Assembly: GCA_033764315.1 (NCBI GenBank)
Contig: JANRJA010000119.1
Location: forward strand, 1 to 40,308
Source: Oculatellaceae cyanobacterium bins.114
GTDB taxonomy: Bacteria > Cyanobacteriota > Cyanobacteriia > Elainellales > Elainellaceae
DNA length: 40,308 bases
Reading direction: 5' to 3'
The translations under genes and the position numbers were made by a program. The stretch's first letter is position 1. Every line of letters begins with the position of its first letter. The notes under the pieces are model-generated. The model was not told the DNA's origin, searched no databases, and was given only the letters and a program-made list of their open reading frames with translations. Below, one piece after another: positions 36,317 through 40,308 of the stretch.

Positions 36317-39300
36317 ATGTCGTCAAATTTTAGAACTACAGTAGAGCAGTTGGCCACAGGTGCCAACTTGAGTCGTAACTTAGAACGCTCTGATGCCTTC
36401 ACATCAACGAGCTTAACTTCTGGTTTTAGTTTTAGATCCAGTGCTGACGCGGCAAAAGCAGTCACCGGTACAGGGCGCGATCGCATCGCTCCTCGTGCTG
36501 CGTTGGCCACTGGAGCCGTCACTACAGCAGGAGCCACCAATCATACTTTTCGCGTGGTCTTTAGCGATCGTAGTGGTTTAAATCGTCGCACCATTCGTTC
36601 TGGCAATTTACTTGTCACTGGACCCAACGGCTTTAGACAAGTAGCAACATTGGTGGGTAAAGCCGTTTTTAATCGTCCAGGTACACGGGCTACAGCAACT
36701 TACCGCATCAATGCACCGGGTGGAACCTGGGACTCTGGAGATAACGGAAACTACACCATTGCTGTCCTTCGTAATAAAGTGAGCGATATCAATCGCAACT
36801 TTGTCAGAGCAGGAGCATTAGGGCGTGGATTTCAAGTCAATGTGGTTAATCCTAACCAAAGCCCAACGGCTGTCTTAGGCACTGGCAATTTAGGTGGCAA
36901 TAACTACACCTTCAACATTACTTATTCTGACGACGTTGCAATTAATGCTGGCAGCTTAGATAACGGCGATATTCAAGTCACTGGACCAGGCGGTTTTAGC
37001 CAGTTTGCTCAGTTTGTTAGTGTTAACCCCGCAGGTGACGGCACTCCTCGCACAGCAACGTATCGGGTTAATTCACCAGGAGCATCCTGGACTGCCGCAA
37101 ATAACGGGACTTACACGATAGCTGTGGTCGCCAATCAGGTGAGTGATAACGCAGGGGCTAGTGTGGCAGCAAGTAACCTGGGCACTTTCGCCGTTGAATC
37201 GGGTCGGATTCCACCTACAGCGACTGTGACCGCAAGCAACATCACCAGCACTGGCGCAACAACTTACGACTTCACCGTTACCTATACTGACAGCGACTCT
37301 GTGAATGCATCCAGCCTTGGTGCAGGAGATATTCGCATTACTGGACCGAATGGCTTTAACGAACTCGCTTCATTTGTAAGTGTTGATGTTAATAGCAACG
37401 GCACACCCCGTGTTGCAACTTACCGCTTCAATGCTCCAGGAGGTCGTTGGGATGGCCCCGATGCAGGAACCTATACCATCGCGATGGAAGCCAATCAGGT
37501 CACTGACACTGTCGGCAACGCCGTTCCAGTGGGCAGCCTGGGCACCTTTGATGTGACAATTGAGTCAACCGCGCCCACGGCAACTCTCACCGCAGGACCT
37601 GTCTTTAACTTGGGTAGTGGGGCTTCCTACATCACGGTTAACTATGCCGATGCCGCTGGAATTACCCCTAACTTTGGTTCTCGTAACGTGCGGGTGACAG
37701 GGCCTAATGGATATAACCAGTTCGCTGATTTCGTCAGATCAGACGGATCAGGTAACGTCACTTACCGCATCAATGCGCCAGGGGGCATTTGGGATGGCAC
37801 GGTGGCTAAAGATGGCACCTACACCGTGGCACTGCAAGCAGGACAGGTGGTTGACCTGAATGGTAACTCAGCCCAAACCACCATCGGCGAGTTTCAGGTT
37901 CGTCTAGCCCCCTTCCGGGTTGAGGCAGAAACACTGACCCTGACCAACTATATTGTTGAGCAAGCCGTCAATACAGGGGTTCCCTTCTTCCCTGGAGTTG
38001 CATCAAACAATGGCTTGATTCGTCTGGCTGGCAACTCCGGCACTAACATCACAGGGAGCGCAACCACTACCTTCAGCGGTCCTGCTGGAACCTATAACTT
38101 GGTGGTGGGCTACTTTGACGAAAACGATGGAATTTCTAGAGTGCAAGTGCGGGTTAATGGTGCACTCGTAACTGGAGGTGAGTGGGACTTTGATAATGAC
38201 TTTGGAGTCAGCAATGTCAGTACACAAGGCTTTGCTCGTCGTCAAGTCAGCAATGTTCAACTTACTCCTGGTGCCACGATTGAAATCCGAGGATTCCAGG
38301 TTGCTCCTGGAACCAATAGTGCTCAAGAAACAGCCCGCGTTGACTATATCGATTTTGTTCCTCAAAGCAACACAGCGGGACCTGCTAACAGCGCACTTGG
38401 CGTCATTTTAGGAACAGCCGGTGACAACACCGTCACAGGAGGAGTCAATGCTAACACTGTTGACTATTCTCAACTCGCAAACGGCATTATTGCAAAACTG
38501 GCTGATAACGAAGTGTTTAAACCCATTTATGGTGGTTTGAACACAGCTCGGATCTTGCCCGTAGGTGACTCCATCACATTAGGAGAACACAACGCCACCC
38601 CAACCTATCCCGGTGCATATCGGATTCAACTTAATACTCGATTTACTCAAGAGGCGTTAGATATCGACTATGTCGGTTCCGTTGTGCAGACGACTGTCCC
38701 TAATAACCTCCTAACTGATAAAGAGGTTGAAGCTTATCGGGGTTCGCAAGGTGGAACGCTGGAAGGTCTAACAGCGATCGCTCAAGGAGCATCGTTTGGG
38801 TCTGGGGATCCAGATGTGATTTTGTTAATGGCGGGCAGTGCTAGCTCAGGTGGCTCTCTCTTCCAAATGAAGGCAAATCTAGAGGCACTCATCGCTGCCA
38901 TTACCACCAAGCTACCCGACACTAAATTGTTAGTGGCATCCATTCCGCCAACGAACACATTCTCAATTCCAGCCGATCCAGGTAGTCCTTTCATTCCTGG
39001 AGATCCCAATGCAGTTCCACCCATTCCTGATACTCCTGCGGTGCCGCCCAGCCCAGCGGCACAAAATGCAGATGATCTGGCTCGGACAGCTCGAACACTC
39101 GATTACAATTCACTCATTTCGGGCATCGTCGGCAATGCAACAGCTCAAGGTTACAACGTATCCTTTGTTGACATTGGCAGTCAGTTAACTAACAGCGACC
39201 TGATTGAAGATGGCGTTAACCTCAAAGCATCAGGTCACACCAAAGTTGGCAATGCTTGGTATAGTGCCATCATCGACAAAGACACCCTGAGCAACATTCA

Positions 39301-39724
39301 AAATGTGGTAGGCACAGCCCTGATCGACACCATTGTGGGCAATGCCAACGCCAACATTATCGAGGGTGGTCTTGGTGCAGACAACTTATCAGGTGGCAAC
39401 GGTGCTGATACCTTTGTGTATCGCAGTACGGCTGAAGGTGGCGATACTATCACTGACTTCACTGCAACTGACTTTATCCAGATCTCGGCCTCTGGCTTTG
39501 GCGGAGGGTTGGTCGCAGGAACAGCGTTAACAAACGGCACTGCATCGGCAACAGGCACCTTTGTGAATGGCAATACCGCTGTTGGCAATGGACCAAATTT
39601 CTTGTACAGCGGTGGTGTATTGAGATTTGATGCAGACGGTGCAGGAGCACAAGCCGCGGTGACGATCGCCACTCTAACAGGTGCGCCAGCTCTGACAGCT
39701 GCTCGAATCAACATCGTCGCCTAA
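36317..39724 (+). CDS. Large secreted repeat protein: 4 beta-sandwich repeats, CBM-like domain, SGNH-fold domain and RTX/serralysin-like C-terminus
   Basis: Four repeats of TGP(N/G)G(F/Y)...TYR(I/V/F)N(A/S)PG..W...GxYT; EAE...YFDENDG...ARVDYIDF CBM-like domain; ILPVGDSIT; GGLGADNL/GGNGADTF nonapeptides and DTITDF; no N-terminal signal peptide. Confidence 0.88.
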   Translation: MSSNFRTTVEQLATGANLSRNLERSDAFTSTSLTSGFSFRSSADAAKAVTGTGRDRIAPRAALATGAVTTAGATNHTFRVVFSDRSGLNRRTIRSGNLLVTGPNGFRQVATLVGKAVFNRPGTRATATYRINAPGGTWDSGDNGNYTIAVLRNKVSDINRNFVRAGALGRGFQVNVVNPNQSPTAVLGTGNLGGNNYTFNITYSDDVAINAGSLDNGDIQVTGPGGFSQFAQFVSVNPAGDGTPRTATYRVNSPGASWTAANNGTYTIAVVANQVSDNAGASVAASNLGTFAVESGRIPPTATVTASNITSTGATTYDFTVTYTDSDSVNASSLGAGDIRITGPNGFNELASFVSVDVNSNGTPRVATYRFNAPGGRWDGPDAGTYTIAMEANQVTDTVGNAVPVGSLGTFDVTIESTAPTATLTAGPVFNLGSGASYITVNYADAAGITPNFGSRNVRVTGPNGYNQFADFVRSDGSGNVTYRINAPGGIWDGTVAKDGTYTVALQAGQVVDLNGNSAQTTIGEFQVRLAPFRVEAETLTLTNYIVEQAVNTGVPFFPGVASNNGLIRLAGNSGTNITGSATTTFSGPAGTYNLVVGYFDENDGISRVQVRVNGALVTGGEWDFDNDFGVSNVSTQGFARRQVSNVQLTPGATIEIRGFQVAPGTNSAQETARVDYIDFVPQSNTAGPANSALGVILGTAGDNTVTGGVNANTVDYSQLANGIIAKLADNEVFKPIYGGLNTARILPVGDSITLGEHNATPTYPGAYRIQLNTRFTQEALDIDYVGSVVQTTVPNNLLTDKEVEAYRGSQGGTLEGLTAIAQGASFGSGDPDVILLMAGSASSGGSLFQMKANLEALIAAITTKLPDTKLLVASIPPTNTFSIPADPGSPFIPGDPNAVPPIPDTPAVPPSPAAQNADDLARTARTLDYNSLISGIVGNATAQGYNVSFVDIGSQLTNSDLIEDGVNLKASGHTKVGNAWYSAIIDKDTLSNIQNVVGTALIDTIVGNANANIIEGGLGADNLSGGNGADTFVYRSTAEGGDTITDFTATDFIQISASGFGGGLVAGTALTNGTASATGTFVNGNTAVGNGPNFLYSGGVLRFDADGAGAQAAVTIATLTGAPALTAARINIVA

Positions 39725-39733
39725 TTGAGGTTT

Positions 39734-39763
39734 TGTAGAGAGACAATCAGTTGTCTCTCTACA
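39734..39763 (+). terminator. 13-bp stem-loop just after the large repeat gene (REP-like GTAG...CTAC; possible terminator or mRNA stabiliser)
   Basis: TGTAGAGAGACAA-tcag-TTGTCTCTCTACA; no U tract. Confidence 0.6.
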
Positions 39764-39954
39764 GCAGTTGGGGTCAACGTGCGGAGGCAGATGACTAGTA
39801 ACAGATTACAGACGTTCTGTAGGCTGTTCTACTAATCACTGCCTCCCTTTTCTGCCATAAATTTTTAAATTGCGCCACCTCCAATCTCTGGGTGCGTTTT
39901 GAACCCTGTTGTTAAACAGTTCAACCACTCACACCCAAAGCTAAATCGGGAGTT

Positions 39955-40070
39955 ATAACCAATTCTCCATATGGGAGCTATTGATCAGACTGCCTTCGAC
40001 TGCGCTCGGTCAGCGTCCTCTGAGCGTAATCAAAGGAGACATCTGTAGCACTTTTTTAGGGAACTAGTAT
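39955..40070. repeat. Degenerate MITE/REP-like element
   Basis: Imperfect ends ACCAATTC / GAACTAGT enclosing CCTTCGACTGCGCTCGG...CTGAGCGTAATCAAAGG. Confidence 0.5.
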
Positions 40071-40160
40071 TCTGCCATTAGCCCCAAAATTTATTTCGGG
40101 GTGAGTGAGCAACGAAGCAATCAACCTTTCAAAACATTTATCAGTTAACCCGGTAAACAA

Positions 40161-40240
40161 CTATAGCAGTCCTAAATCATTTGTGAGATGGGTAGGTTGT
40201 GAGGGGTGCGTCTCTCACAACCCATTTGGGATTGCTATAG
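40161..40240. mobile_element. 80-bp MITE with CTATAGCA ends
   Basis: CTATAGCAGTCCTAAAT ... ATTTGGGATTGCTATAG (17-bp inverted repeat, 2 mismatches); inner GGTTGTGAG/CTCACAACC hairpin. Confidence 0.8.
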
Positions 40241-40308
40241 ATGATGGAGTTAAGACAATCCATTGATGCTCAACAGGTTTTATCAGGCTTTCCCATTAAA
40301 ATTACTGA

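Larger units (their letters stand above)
1..40308. repeat. HIP1 octamer GCGATCGC dispersed through the window
   Basis: Dozens of copies, e.g. 265, 471, 1569, 2167, 2302; established cyanobacterial hallmark. Confidence 0.95.

Noticed and set aside
280-39714. Remaining short ORFs overlapping the major genes
   Set aside because: Antisense or out-of-frame shadows of well-supported CDSs with no independent evidence.
1-40308. tRNA, rRNA, CRISPR-Cas, prophage, intact transposase or defence system
   Set aside because: No such motifs were seen; only non-autonomous repeat elements are present.

Overview
This window is cyanobacterial chromosome: HIP1 GCGATCGC octamers are very frequent, and there are CBCR GAF domains, an NtcA box and heptamer repeats. 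A filamentous Leptolyngbya/Oculatella-like strain is an inference only. In order it contains: (1) a Ptx/Pix-type phototaxis operon with a CheW carrying an extra N-terminal domain, a soluble 4-GAF cyanobacteriochrome MCP, a hybrid CheA and a second CheW; (2) an alpha-glucoside cluster with a GH65 phosphorylase fused to beta-phosphoglucomutase, malQ and a TreS-maltokinase fusion; (3) MOSC, DUF2278-LTD, a PH-domain membrane protein, a 56-aa PCP_red microprotein missed by the ORF track, a ferredoxin-MBL fusion and a DGAT2-like acyltransferase; (4) a purine catabolism operon behind an NtcA box (hpxO, Rieske oxygenase, uraH, UPF0126/TRIC, uraD); (5) murJ; (6) a CDP-glucose operon resembling streptomycin StrQ/StrP/StrX/StrU with lhgO inserted; (7) a divergent 1135-aa secreted repeat protein with an apparently inactive SGNH domain. 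Intergenic DNA is rich in MITE/REP-like elements, including a nested stack with an 8-bp target-site duplication. The strongest candidates for undescribed biology are the Str-like CDP-sugar module with LhgO and the Rieske-containing purine operon that lacks a reductase. All family assignments come from motif recognition; no database searches were run.
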